A DNA stretch of 64,000 bases. Source: Candidatus Bathyarchaeota archaeon (GTDB lineage: Archaea > Thermoproteota > Bathyarchaeia > Bathyarchaeales > Bathycorpusculaceae). The stretch is from NCBI GenBank assembly GCA_963767735.1, contig CAVYES010000004.1, forward strand, positions 1 to 64,000, read 5' to 3'. Each line of letters starts with the position of its first letter. Position 1 is the stretch's first letter. Of this stretch, positions 49,985-59,785 are shown one piece after another. The notes under the pieces were generated by a model. It had not been told where the DNA came from and did not search any database. It saw only the letters and a program-made list of their open reading frames with translations. The translations under genes were made by a program, and so were the position numbers.

Positions 49985-52102
49985 TTGCAAGTCTCAAAAA
50001 AAAGAAAGAACCATCTAAAAAATAAGATTAAATACGCTGCCGAGAATGGCTTAATTAGTAAGTTAACGAGGAATCCTTCGTTGAAGCCACGAAAGATTTT
50101 GATAACTATTGTGCTAATCGCGCTATTAGTTGTATCTTTCTTTGTGGCTTTAGATAACTTCCATGCTCCAGAAAAGCAAATCTCAGGTTCAACTCAGCCT
50201 TTTTTTGTAGGAATTGAAACAGGATGGAACAGCACCGTATCCGACTGCAAAGCACTTATTGATAAAGTAAAGAATTTCACCAACCTTTTTATTATCGCAT
50301 CGCCGTTTATCCTGAGCAATGAAACATTGCTCAAAGCGACATGCGACTACGCTTACGACGCAGGAATGTATTTCATGCCCGCTTACTACCGAGACATATT
50401 CAACGATGTAGGAATCAATTATACTCCGACTGAATGGTTCACAACGGCAAAAGAGCAATATGGCGACAAGTTGCTGGGAATTTATTTTTATGATGAACCT
50501 GCTGGAAGCCAACTAGCCGAGAGCATCAATATAACCTCTAATAACATTTTTAACGCTACTGCTGCGCCGACCAGTTACCAAGATTACAAAAATTGGTTTT
50601 TTCGAATATGGACACAGGGTGACGGCGTACCAAAAGCCGCCAACTTTACCCATAACTTAGGCTCTTCATTGTTTACTTCAGACTATGCTTTGTACTGGTT
50701 TGACTATGAACTGGGTTATGACACAGTTCTTGCCCAGTTTGCCTGGAATGACAGCAGACAACTACAAATTAGCCAGGTTAGAGGCGCGGCGGAAGCTCAA
50801 AACAAAAGTTGGGGTGCCATCATAACTTGGACATACAATCAGCCGCCGTACTTGGAGCCGAGCGCTCAAATATACAATGACATGGTTTTAGCTTACAATT
50901 CGGGCGCAACATACATAGCCATCTACGATTCATCACAAAATTACACAAGCACAACATTAACGTCAAAGGATTTCAGCGCCTTGCAGTCGTTCTGGAATTA
51001 CGTGCAAAAAAATCCCGACAAACACAGCAGTCTCAAGGCAAACACTGCAGTTGTTCTTCCGCAAGATTACGGATTTGGATTTCGCAGCCCCGATGATTCT
51101 GTGTGGCAGTTTCACCAAGCGGACTTTTGGAGCCAAAAAATGTACAGCGACATTACAAACCTCATTAATCAGTACAAATCAAGCATAGATATAGTCTATA
51201 GCGACCCGCAGTTCCAGAGTTCAATCCAAAGTAAATACAGCAAAATACTCTATTGGCCCAACGACGTCGAAACAAACATCAACTATCCAGTAACCGACCT
51301 TAACAATGGCTTAGGATATACCAGCATCCAAGGGGCATTATCTTCCTTCGCAACCTACGAAGGCGACACTATTCTAATTAAGCCAGGAACATATCAAGAA
51401 AATATTGTAATAACCAAACCTGTCTCATTAATCAGTCAAAATAAAAATGCCACAATCATAGACGGCGAAAAAAACGGCACAGCCCTAACCATAGCCAGCG
51501 ATAACGTAACAGTTTCTGGTTTTACCGTGGAAAACGGTGGCAACTTCTCAGCTGGAATTGGCGAAGGAATCCTGCTCGAAAACGCTAATAACTGCAGCCT
51601 AATCGGAAACACAGTCACAAACAGCTATAACGGAATTTTCTTAAATGATTCCTTCAACAACATACTGGCAAACAACACTATGTCAAATAACAAATTCAAT
51701 TTCGGCGTCTTTGCAAGCAACATCACCAATTACATAAACAACATCGATACTTCAAACAGCGTTAACGGAAAACCAATTTACTATTGGGTAAACAAAAGCA
51801 ATATGACGGTTCCATCCAACGCCGGATTCGTCGCCCTGATAAACTGCACAGATGATGCAGTGGTGAACCTGAATTTATCCGGTAATTACGAGGGTTTGCT
51901 TCTTGCCTACACTAAAAACTCTACGGTAACCAACAACACCATCACCAATAATTATGACGCTATAGTGCTGGACAATTCATATGGCAACACGCTCAAAGGC
52001 AACAACCTCAACGGCAACGTTTACAACATCATAGTGCAAACTGAATTGCCAAATAACATTGAGGCATCAAATATAATTGACGGGAAACCCTTCATCGGAT
52101 AG
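49985..52102 (+). CDS. Membrane-anchored extracellular protein: glycoside-hydrolase-like N-domain plus NosD/CASH beta-helix
   Basis: N-terminal TM (probable start TTG 50081), GIYFYDEP motif, I.IKPGTY.ENI.I.K, Asn-rich repeats. Confidence 0.75.
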   Translation: MQVSKKRKNHLKNKIKYAAENGLISKLTRNPSLKPRKILITIVLIALLVVSFFVALDNFHAPEKQISGSTQPFFVGIETGWNSTVSDCKALIDKVKNFTNLFIIASPFILSNETLLKATCDYAYDAGMYFMPAYYRDIFNDVGINYTPTEWFTTAKEQYGDKLLGIYFYDEPAGSQLAESINITSNNIFNATAAPTSYQDYKNWFFRIWTQGDGVPKAANFTHNLGSSLFTSDYALYWFDYELGYDTVLAQFAWNDSRQLQISQVRGAAEAQNKSWGAIITWTYNQPPYLEPSAQIYNDMVLAYNSGATYIAIYDSSQNYTSTTLTSKDFSALQSFWNYVQKNPDKHSSLKANTAVVLPQDYGFGFRSPDDSVWQFHQADFWSQKMYSDITNLINQYKSSIDIVYSDPQFQSSIQSKYSKILYWPNDVETNINYPVTDLNNGLGYTSIQGALSSFATYEGDTILIKPGTYQENIVITKPVSLISQNKNATIIDGEKNGTALTIASDNVTVSGFTVENGGNFSAGIGEGILLENANNCSLIGNTVTNSYNGIFLNDSFNNILANNTMSNNKFNFGVFASNITNYINNIDTSNSVNGKPIYYWVNKSNMTVPSNAGFVALINCTDDAVVNLNLSGNYEGLLLAYTKNSTVTNNTITNNYDAIVLDNSYGNTLKGNNLNGNVYNIIVQTELPNNIEASNIIDGKPFIG

Positions 52103-52161
52103 GCATAAAGAAAATCGCGCTTAACAATCTTAAAAAAATGGGGATAGCATAGTTAGTTATT

Positions 52162-52520
52162 TTGCCCTTCAGTTCACATAGAAACACCACGAAAATCAAA
52201 TTGTTTGCAAGGAAATTCGTGATGTGTGTATCTGTGTTGGTCAAGTATTCATCTAGCCCGTGCATGCAAGTAGGAAAAACGTACACTCTGCAATTCTACT
52301 ATAAAGGAGCCATGACGGTTTGGCCGCATGTGTTTTGCTTTAGCTCCTCATGGAATTCAATAGAAATGTTTAGCGGAAAAGCATTGCCGCCGACAAGCAT
52401 ATGGACGCTGGTAACGATAACCTTCGGGCCAATTCCTTCAGGTACCGCTACTTCACAAATTCGCTTTGACGTTGGCGACTGGAACATTCAAAGTAGATAA
52501 CGTCTCTGTCTTGACCCCCC
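52162..52520 (+). pseudogene. Fragment resembling a carbohydrate-binding (CBM4/9-like) module
   Basis: GKTYTLQFYYKG...WT.VTITF...IRFD / shifted frame F.VDNVSV. Confidence 0.35.
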
Positions 52521-52945
52521 TTCAGCATCTACATCTACTTCAGCAGCAGTGCTGATGGCAACTACAGCATCGACGAGTGTACGTCAAAAATTTGGGTTCG
52601 ACGACTACTCGACGGGACTTATTCATTTTCTAACTGTAAATTTGGGAAGTTTACTGCATTATTCTGCTGGATTGGTTTAAAGCAAAAATAATAATCCTTT
52701 TATTTTTTTTAATTTCGTAAACTGTTTTATAGCCGATAATGACTGGAAACAAATTAATTCGTGAATCGGCAATCAGCCTTATGTCTTTATTGATTCTATC
52801 AAAGACCTCTTTTTTGGGCTGCATTGATGAATTCGAGTCTTAAAAATTAACCCCTACGTTTCTTTTAGAAGCGTTTGTTGTAGGCACAGTACAGTCACAA
52901 CTTCTAATGAGTGCCAAAGAATGTTGATTAATTGAGGTTAAAATT

Positions 52946-53524
52946 ATGAAAATTGCGATTATAGGAAAAGGCAGTGTTGGCAGCGCATTATGCAGTGGCT
53001 TAAGCAGCAAGCATGAAACAAAGTTTGGTCACCGAGACCCTGCAGAGCCAGTTGCTGACGCGGCCAAATGGGGAGAAATAATAATACTTGCTGTACCCTA
53101 CAACAACGCCAACGATGCAAGAGAGGAAATAAAACCGTACGCTGACGGAAAAATAGTGATAGATGCCACGAATGCGATTGGACCAGATGGTGATTTAGGA
53201 ATAAGCTGCACAACATCATCAGCGGAAGAAACGCAGAAAAAGCTGCCTAAAGCTCGCGTTGTTAAAGCGTTCAACACTGTATTCGCACAGAACCAAGGCA
53301 CTGGCAGAGTTGGCAACGAAGAATTAACGGCTTTCATTGCAGGTGACGACTTGAAAGCGAAGCAAACTGTAGCTCAGTTAACACGGGATATCGGTTTTGA
53401 CCCAGTTGATTGTGGACCATTGAAGGCAGCACGGTATTTGGACGCGATGGCGATAATGATAATCAAATTAGCCTACACTTATGGAATGGGACCAAACATA
53501 GGTTACAAACTGATAAAAGCCTAA
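52946..53524 (+). CDS. NADP oxidoreductase, F420-dependent family
   Basis: IIGKGSVG, ILAVP, IDATN, SSAE, VVKAFNT, GFDPVD.GPL..AR.L. Confidence 0.88.
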   Translation: MKIAIIGKGSVGSALCSGLSSKHETKFGHRDPAEPVADAAKWGEIIILAVPYNNANDAREEIKPYADGKIVIDATNAIGPDGDLGISCTTSSAEETQKKLPKARVVKAFNTVFAQNQGTGRVGNEELTAFIAGDDLKAKQTVAQLTRDIGFDPVDCGPLKAARYLDAMAIMIIKLAYTYGMGPNIGYKLIKA

Positions 53525-53629
53525 AATCTTTTGCTGTACGCCTGTTTCTTTTGCTACGCTGTTTTTTAAGGGGAAAAGTTTAAGGGTAATAGTTCGTTAT
53601 GGTTTCGCGTATTCCTATCCTGAGGGTTT

Positions 53630-54185
53630 ATGTTGAGCACTAAAACAGAAACAATTGAAGAGCGCAAAGCAGAAGTCCTTATCAAACTGAGAAAATACAA
53701 ACTGCTTGAAAAGGAAAAACATGATGGCGAAATAAGCTATATCATCGATATTCCACAGGACAAAGAGAAGGCTATTGTCTGGTGCATTTTAGGTGAAGCA
53801 ACCGTCGGTATTGCAGCCATGAACACACTCTACAAAGTGATGAAAGAGAAAGAAATCGACCGCGCAATAGTAGTTACTGAAGGACGCTACACGCACGCTG
53901 TTAAACTCGGCGCAAAGAAGAAACAAGTTGAGTTACTGCCAAAATCCTTTCCAGTTTTCGACATCTTCGAGCATGCGTTAGTTCCGCTCCACGAAATCCT
54001 GAGCGAAAAAGAGAAAAACCAGCTTCTTGCCCAATACAAGGTTAAGCCTTATCAGATGCCGCAGATAGAATCGGGCGACCCAGCGGTTAAAGCAATCGGC
54101 GCTAAACCAGGCGATATACTGAAAATCACTAAGGAAAAGCACAACGGCAGGCGAACATATAACTTACAGATATGTAGTAGAGTAA
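53630..54185 (+). CDS. rpo5: RNA polymerase subunit Rpo5/RpoH with extra N-terminal Rpb5-jaw-like domain; +1 frameshift near 54131
   Basis: HALVPLHEILS.KEK..LL..Y...PYQMPQI...DP.VKAIGAKPGDILKI; removing one A restores RKSTTAGEHITYRYVVE* (stop 54183-54185). Confidence 0.88.
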
Positions 54186-54332
54186 AAAAAATCTATAACT
54201 CTAATTCTTAGTATTTTAGACAATTTCCAGTGTACAGCATACAAATCGATTGGAATGTTTTACTTCGCTTCTTTTTTTGTTAGTCAGTGTCTCTAATGTA
54301 GCAATAATTTCGAGGCCGTTTTTGTTCTTTTT

Positions 54333-54455
54333 GTTTTGAGTTGCTTCCTTGAGTTGGGGTTTGATTTGTTTGCAGGTTGAGTGTTTTCGCGTTTATCTGC
54401 GTTGATTCGCGTGTTTTTGCGTCTTTCTGCGTTTAACTGCGTTTGTTTGCGTTTC
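54333..54455 (-). repeat. Repeat family B copy 4: ACGC-based 10-bp array (7 units) plus conserved motif
   Basis: Plus strand GTGTTTTCGC GTTTATCTGC GTTGATTCGC GTGTTTTTGC GTCTTTCTGC GTTTAACTGC GTTTGTTTGC (54381-54450); minus-strand motif CAACCTGCAAACAAATCAAACCCCAACTCAAGGAAGCAACTCAAAAC (54379-54333). Confidence 0.9.
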
Positions 54456-54638
54456 TTAAGGTGAGTAAAAAAAGGGCCTCTTAGGTTTAGATCATTCAAA
54501 TTACTTTGACTATCATTTTGCACTAAGAGTCGTCTGGGTAATAGACGAAACAGTGGTTTCCAAGAAACGAAAGAAAGAAAAAAACTGCTGTTTGTTTAAA
54601 ATATGGTTGAAGCTTCATTTTGATGTGTTATAAAAATT

Positions 54639-55196
54639 TTATTTGGCAATCATTACTTCAGTTGATTTCATGATTGCTTCCACTTCGTCGCCCACTTTAA
54701 TGTCTAAATCTTCAACTGCTTCCTTTGTAATAACCGCTGTAACTGTTACTGGCACTTTTATTTCAACCTTAACTTTGGCTGTAATAACGCCTTTTTCAAC
54801 AGACACTACTTTTCCTTTAAAACGGTTTCTTGCACTTAACTTCAAACCTTTCACCTCCAAACTGCCCGGATTCGACAAAACCTTGCCGAAGTAGCTCTCA
54901 ACCTGCTTATACTCAACAAGTAAACTTCTGCCTAAATCGTTTAACCGTGCGCCTCCGCCCCCGGATTTTCCGCCTTTGAAAGTTTCGACTATCGGCTCCT
55001 CCAGCGTCTTTTGAATATCATGCAGATAATTCCAAACATAGCGGTACGACATTCCTAGCGTTTCTGCAGCTTTAGAAATAGAGTTTTCCTTGTCAATGGC
55101 CTCGAGAATTTCTGCTCCGCCTTTGCCAATTAATGGTTTATCTTTAAATTCAATCCAGACTTTGCATGAGAGCTTATGTTTTTTGTTGGCAAGCAT
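54639..55196 (-). CDS. modE: ModE-family molybdate/tungstate-responsive regulator (HTH plus TOBE)
   Basis: SISKAAETLGMSYRYVW, GGKSGGGA, SARN...G.V, AVIT..AVEDL...GD.V.A..KST. Confidence 0.92.
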   Translation of the reverse strand: MLANKKHKLSCKVWIEFKDKPLIGKGGAEILEAIDKENSISKAAETLGMSYRYVWNYLHDIQKTLEEPIVETFKGGKSGGGGARLNDLGRSLLVEYKQVESYFGKVLSNPGSLEVKGLKLSARNRFKGKVVSVEKGVITAKVKVEIKVPVTVTAVITKEAVEDLDIKVGDEVEAIMKSTEVMIAK

Positions 55197-55205
55197 TCTA
55201 GATAA

Positions 55206-55229
55206 GGTTATGTTCAAACCCATATAAAG
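55206..55229. promoter_or_regulatory. Putative ModE operator upstream of modE
   Basis: GGTTATGTTCAAACCCATATAAAG fits a degenerate CGTTATRT-N8-AYATAACG palindrome. Confidence 0.5.
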
Positions 55230-55256
55230 CTAATCAAAGAGGAGATAAGCATTTTT

Positions 55257-56288
55257 TTATTCAATGGTAGATATTACATACACGCTGTCTTCTGGTATTG
55301 TAATTGTTACGACATCTCCCCTTGAAGGTTTACTTTCAAGAAGCACTGTGAACTCAATATTGTTTATACTGATGATAGTGCGAAACCCAAATCTTTCTCG
55401 GAACACCTCTACGACTCGACCTTCAAATTTATTGACCCCGTTATTATTGCTAAGTTTAACTTTTTCGGGTCGCACACACGCGTAAACTGAGCCATTAATT
55501 TTCATGTGCGACTTCAGTTCCAAACTATTCTCCAACTTTATAATAGATCCCAAATCAGTAAGAGTAGCGTCGCCTTTGTGCAAATCGTAGAAACCTACCA
55601 GTTTCGCGGTAAGATAAGTTCTTGGTTCATTAAATATTTGCTCAGGGTCACCTACCTCAATTATTTTACCTTTATTTATCACAGCGATTCGACTTGCCAA
55701 TGAATAAGCCTCATCCCATTCATGAGTAACATGAACTACTGGAATATTGTATTTCTCGGGTATTGCTTTAAGCAGCCGTACGATTGACCCTTTAGTCTCG
55801 GGATCTATCATCGAAAGCGGTTCATCCAAGAGCAATATCTTCGGGCTAGTAACCAGTGCTCTCGCCAAAGAAACGCGCTGCTGTTCTCCACCGCTTAACG
55901 TAGCAGGCATCCTGTCCAGCAGATGCTCAATTCCTAGGTCTTTCACCACTCCATCAACCAATTTTTCTCTCTCCGGCTTTGGCACGCCTCTGGCTCTGAG
56001 CCCGAACTCTATGTTGCCACGGACATTCTTTGGATCAAATGAAGAAAAAATCTGTGATACGTAAGCAATATTTCTCTTTTCAGGAGGAACCGTTGTAATA
56101 TCTGAGCCGTCAAGCAATATTTTACCGCTTGAAGGTCTATAGGCTCCTGCGATTGTCTTGAGAAGCGAGGTCTTGCCGCTGGCAGTCCTTCCGATGATGA
56201 TCATGTATTCTTGTTGATCAACGTTTAAGCTGATTGAGTTTAACATGAAGGTGCCCAGAGTGAGATTAAGGTTAATTATTTGAAGCAT
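55257..56288 (-). CDS. wtpC: Tungstate/molybdate ABC transporter ATPase
   Basis: GRTASGKT, LSGGEQQR, LLLDEP, C-terminal TOBE-like region. Confidence 0.88.
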   Translation of the reverse strand: MLQIINLNLTLGTFMLNSISLNVDQQEYMIIIGRTASGKTSLLKTIAGAYRPSSGKILLDGSDITTVPPEKRNIAYVSQIFSSFDPKNVRGNIEFGLRARGVPKPEREKLVDGVVKDLGIEHLLDRMPATLSGGEQQRVSLARALVTSPKILLLDEPLSMIDPETKGSIVRLLKAIPEKYNIPVVHVTHEWDEAYSLASRIAVINKGKIIEVGDPEQIFNEPRTYLTAKLVGFYDLHKGDATLTDLGSIIKLENSLELKSHMKINGSVYACVRPEKVKLSNNNGVNKFEGRVVEVFRERFGFRTIISINNIEFTVLLESKPSRGDVVTITIPEDSVYVISTIE

Positions 56289-56301
56289 TGCATTCCTCTC
56301 T

Positions 56302-57096
56302 TCAGATGTGTTTAAGAATCCACCTGTAAATTATGAATATTGCAAGGACTATTATGAGAAGAGCGGCTGAATACTTTACTACTCCAGCTAACCCTAATGC
56401 TTCGAACCCCTCATAAATGTAGATCGAGGCTGGATAGACGTCGTTGCCGTTAAAGTACACATAATAAGCAACTACGAGAAGCGCACCCACCTCTGCAACT
56501 GCTCTTGCCCAGGTGAGTAATGCTCCGTTGGCTATTGACTTCCAGATTCTAGGCACTATAACATGGATAAATGTAAATGCTGGTGAGGAACCAAGTGTTC
56601 GAGCGGTCAACTCAATATCGGGGTTAATCGCCTTTATCGAGGTTTCAGTCACTCTTATAGAATAAGTTGCAGACAGGTATGTGACTGTAACTACGGCGCC
56701 TATCAACGTGTCAATCATGTTTATGCCGAGTCCCTGAAGAAATGGACCTAACCCATATTGCGAGGAGAAAGCTAACACAATCATTATGCCAACTACGACG
56801 TGTGGAACCATAATAGGTATGTCTATGATTGCTTCGACAACTTCTTTAAACTTGAAGTCGGATCTGGCTAGAAGATAAGCGAAAGGCGTACCTACCAATA
56901 CCGAGAGAAGAGCTGCGGACGTCGCAATTACGAAAGTAACCTCAATTGAAGCGATAAAAGAACCCGTGGAGAGCGCGGAAACGAGGTTATTGACACCGAG
57001 TGCTATGATAAGCAGGATTGGATAGATAAAAAAAAGGATTGTTATTGCGCTGCAGAAGATCAGTAGGGCTCTGAATTTTCCATTAAACTCAATCAA
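56302..57096 (-). CDS. wtpB: Tungstate/molybdate ABC transporter permease
   Basis: IDIP..VPHVV.G, E.TARTLG, WARA..E.GA. Confidence 0.88.
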   Translation of the reverse strand: MIEFNGKFRALLIFCSAITILFFIYPILLIIALGVNNLVSALSTGSFIASIEVTFVIATSAALLSVLVGTPFAYLLARSDFKFKEVVEAIIDIPIMVPHVVVGIMIVLAFSSQYGLGPFLQGLGINMIDTLIGAVVTVTYLSATYSIRVTETSIKAINPDIELTARTLGSSPAFTFIHVIVPRIWKSIANGALLTWARAVAEVGALLVVAYYVYFNGNDVYPASIYIYEGFEALGLAGVVKYSAALLIIVLAIFIIYRWILKHI

Positions 57097-58241
57097 GCCC
57101 CAGTAAATTGGGATTTGTCTGTTGCGTTTTCCGGTGTAGTGTATGGTTTGATTAGACTTGGAACACTAGAGTCGCTGCCGTAGACAATGCCCTGCGAAAA
57201 AGGCGTTATGCCGTATTGCTCAAGTATACTTTGACCAGCTTTACTGTATAAGGTTTGGATGAATAAGGTGGCGGCTGCGGAATTTGTGGAGACTGTTGGA
57301 ATCGTGACACAATAGAGGACGGGGTTGACGACGAATGATTGGGTTGTTCCCAGTTCCGAATAGTTGAAGTTGGCTTCGTTATAGTATGGGGTGTCTGCTA
57401 ATACTCCTAAGTTGACTTGGGTGGGGAGCGTGATCCAGGCGAGGCTTGTCTGATTTGCCGTCTGCGGTATAGCGTTGGATTCGTAAGCTGAAGTAATGAA
57501 GTCTATGTGATCGGTCTGCATAAGCGGAACCAAATCATCTTCACTGTTTGCCATGTAGTATCTACTTGCGTGGTTGTATATTGCATCGTAAAGGTAAGTT
57601 ACATTGTTGAAGAAAGTTAAGCCTGCTAAGCGAATCATGCCAGCAGCCTGAAAACCGCTGGGGTCAGTGAAAGGATTCGAAACACCAACTGTAGTGGTTG
57701 TATTTAACGCAATCAAAGTGAACATATTTTGCCAAGCCGTAGTCCACGCAGTTGAATTTACTGTAAGTCCTTTAGCGGCTGTCCACATATTATACAGTTC
57801 TTTCCCGGCGGATGATTGTAGATTGACAATGATAACCATTTGTGTTTGGCCAAAGGCAATTTCATAGTTGGCAAGATTAGGAAAGAGGACAGTTGGCATA
57901 GCGGTCGTGTCAGCGGCGGCTTCCAAACTTAACGATTGTGTGAGGTTCTCTTCTTGGGCAACTAAACTACTGCCCTCAAACAGAGGAGGCGCGACTGTAA
58001 TGCTCGGATACAGTGCTTCAAAGGCGGTCAGCTCTGAGCCGAACGCGTATGTTAGAGTTCCGGCTGCACCGACTGCAAACGGCTTCCCACTTGAAGCTTT
58101 ACTGAGTAAAGAGTTCGATTCAGGGGTTCGTGATTGATTAGTGAAGTAGCCTATTGAAAATCCTATAGCGACTCCAATTAACAGACCAATTATAAGGAAT
58201 GCATAAGTCATAGTGCTTATTTTACGTTTTTCGACTGCCAT
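57093..58241 (-). CDS. wtpA: Tungstate/molybdate ABC transporter substrate-binding protein
   Basis: AAGTL, EGS, AAD, SNPFTDPSG, AYES; ModE and ABC context. Confidence 0.85.
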   Translation of the reverse strand: MAVEKRKISTMTYAFLIIGLLIGVAIGFSIGYFTNQSRTPESNSLLSKASSGKPFAVGAAGTLTYAFGSELTAFEALYPSITVAPPLFEGSSLVAQEENLTQSLSLEAAADTTAMPTVLFPNLANYEIAFGQTQMVIIVNLQSSAGKELYNMWTAAKGLTVNSTAWTTAWQNMFTLIALNTTTTVGVSNPFTDPSGFQAAGMIRLAGLTFFNNVTYLYDAIYNHASRYYMANSEDDLVPLMQTDHIDFITSAYESNAIPQTANQTSLAWITLPTQVNLGVLADTPYYNEANFNYSELGTTQSFVVNPVLYCVTIPTVSTNSAAATLFIQTLYSKAGQSILEQYGITPFSQGIVYGSDSSVPSLIKPYTTPENATDKSQFTGA

Positions 58242-58282
58242 TTATTTCCCTTCATCAATTTTTTCGTTGGCGATATTTAATT

Positions 58283-58306
58283 CGACATGTTCATATAAAC
58301 ATAACG
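58283..58306. promoter_or_regulatory. Putative ModE operator upstream of wtpA
   Basis: Minus strand CGTTATGTTTATATGAACATGTCG, imperfect palindrome about 40 bp upstream of the start. Confidence 0.65.
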
Positions 58307-58383
58307 ATTAAATAGTTAATCCTTAAGGCGCTGCTGAACGCCGAAACCACCTCACTACTGAACAAAGAAACGTAAACATGCAT

Positions 58384-58614
58384 CTAAGTTGGGCATTTTC
58401 TTTCTTCTGTTAGTTCGCTGAGAATCACCAGTGCTTCGCCAAGGGGCATGCCGAGCCTTTCAGCCAGTTCGTTTGCGGTAACGTCGGCTTTTTGCGGTAA
58501 AATGTTCTCGCGAGTGTAAGCTTTATGAGTTGGGTACATAACGGAAGCGTGAACCGCTTCAATAAGCAACTGCCAAAGCTTCTCTTTTGTATAATCATCC
58601 AAATTCATAAGCAC
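58384..58614 (-). CDS. Small hypothetical protein with HTH-like C-terminus
   Basis: MYP.HK.Y.R...ELAERLGMPLGEALVIL.EL. Confidence 0.6.
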   Translation of the reverse strand: MLMNLDDYTKEKLWQLLIEAVHASVMYPTHKAYTRENILPQKADVTANELAERLGMPLGEALVILSELTEERKCPT

Positions 58615-58728
58615 TCAAACCATGCAGACGCTATTAAGGTTATTAACCTAACTCAAAATGCACTTGCAAAACCTACAACAAACTTAATACCTCGCCATCA
58701 CAGCTTGAAATATTAGAGTTGACTCTTT

Positions 58729-59700
58729 TTGAAAGCGGCTGTTTATCGTGGGCCTCATAACATCAAAATTGAAGAAGTTCCTGAACCCGAAGTTTCGGGC
58801 AGAAGGGTGCTCGTTAAGTTTAAGGCTGGAAGCATCTGCGGTACCGACATGCACTTCTACAGGGGCGAGTGGAAATGGATGAAGAAAGGCAGAATACTTG
58901 GGCATGACGCCTGGGGAATCCGAGAAGACACTGGCGAACGGGTAGTTATGGTCCCCATAGTGAATTGCGGTCACTGCTACTTTTGCCTGCGGGGATATCC
59001 CACTTATTGTGTCCGAGGCAAGTTTTACGGCTTAACAAGAGACGGTTTCTTCGCAGAATCAAAAGATATGCTGCCAAGAAGCTTAATTCCCATCCCCGAA
59101 AGCGTCAGCGATGAGGAAGCAGCAATAGTTGAACCCGTTGCTTTGGCACTTCGCGTGCTGAATTATATGAAACCTAATCTTGGCGATTGGGTAACCATAA
59201 TTGGGCAAGGCGCCATCGGCTTACTCATGACGCAAGTTGCGCAGTTGAAGGGATGCAGGGTCATCGCAGTAGATCTTGAGGATAACAGGCTTGAACTAAG
59301 CGAAAAGTACGGTGCAGACGCAATCATAAACGCTAAACATGAAGACGTAGTCAAGACCGTAAGAAAGTTGACGAAAATCGGCTCTGACTTGGTGATTGAA
59401 GCGGCGGGAACCACGGGGACAGTGGAGCAAACACCCTATTTGGTGAGGAAAGCGGGCAAAGTCGCGCTTGTGGGGGAATCTAAGGGACGCTTGAATTTGG
59501 AGGATGCTGATGAAGCCTTGTTTTTCACGATTTACATTTCGCCAGTTGAATATCCATCAGCTGTTGAGTTAATCGCTAGAAAACTGGTGGATGTGAAAGG
59601 GCTAATTACGCACAGGTTTAAGCTTGAAGACTTCGAAAAAGCACTGCAAACAGTTGACACCCCCGCCGCGAAGCCTCTGAAAGTTATCGTAACTAACTGA
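58729..59700 (+). CDS. Zn-dependent medium-chain dehydrogenase (threonine/sorbitol DH-like)
   Basis: ICGTD, GHD, CGHC.FC..G....C, EP, GQGAIG. Confidence 0.9.
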   Translation: MKAAVYRGPHNIKIEEVPEPEVSGRRVLVKFKAGSICGTDMHFYRGEWKWMKKGRILGHDAWGIREDTGERVVMVPIVNCGHCYFCLRGYPTYCVRGKFYGLTRDGFFAESKDMLPRSLIPIPESVSDEEAAIVEPVALALRVLNYMKPNLGDWVTIIGQGAIGLLMTQVAQLKGCRVIAVDLEDNRLELSEKYGADAIINAKHEDVVKTVRKLTKIGSDLVIEAAGTTGTVEQTPYLVRKAGKVALVGESKGRLNLEDADEALFFTIYISPVEYPSAVELIARKLVDVKGLITHRFKLEDFEKALQTVDTPAAKPLKVIVTN

Positions 59701-59785
59701 ATGTTCCAAGAGCAAGGCAACCGCAAAGTATATTTCTACAAGAGCAAGTGTTAACCCAAGTTTACGATTTACGGAGCTCACAATC

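Noticed and set aside
54293-54523. 76-aa ORF
   Set aside because: Translation of repeat B copy 4.
58729-59700. GHD instead of GHE in the dehydrogenase
   Set aside because: Conservative variant; other Zn ligands are intact.
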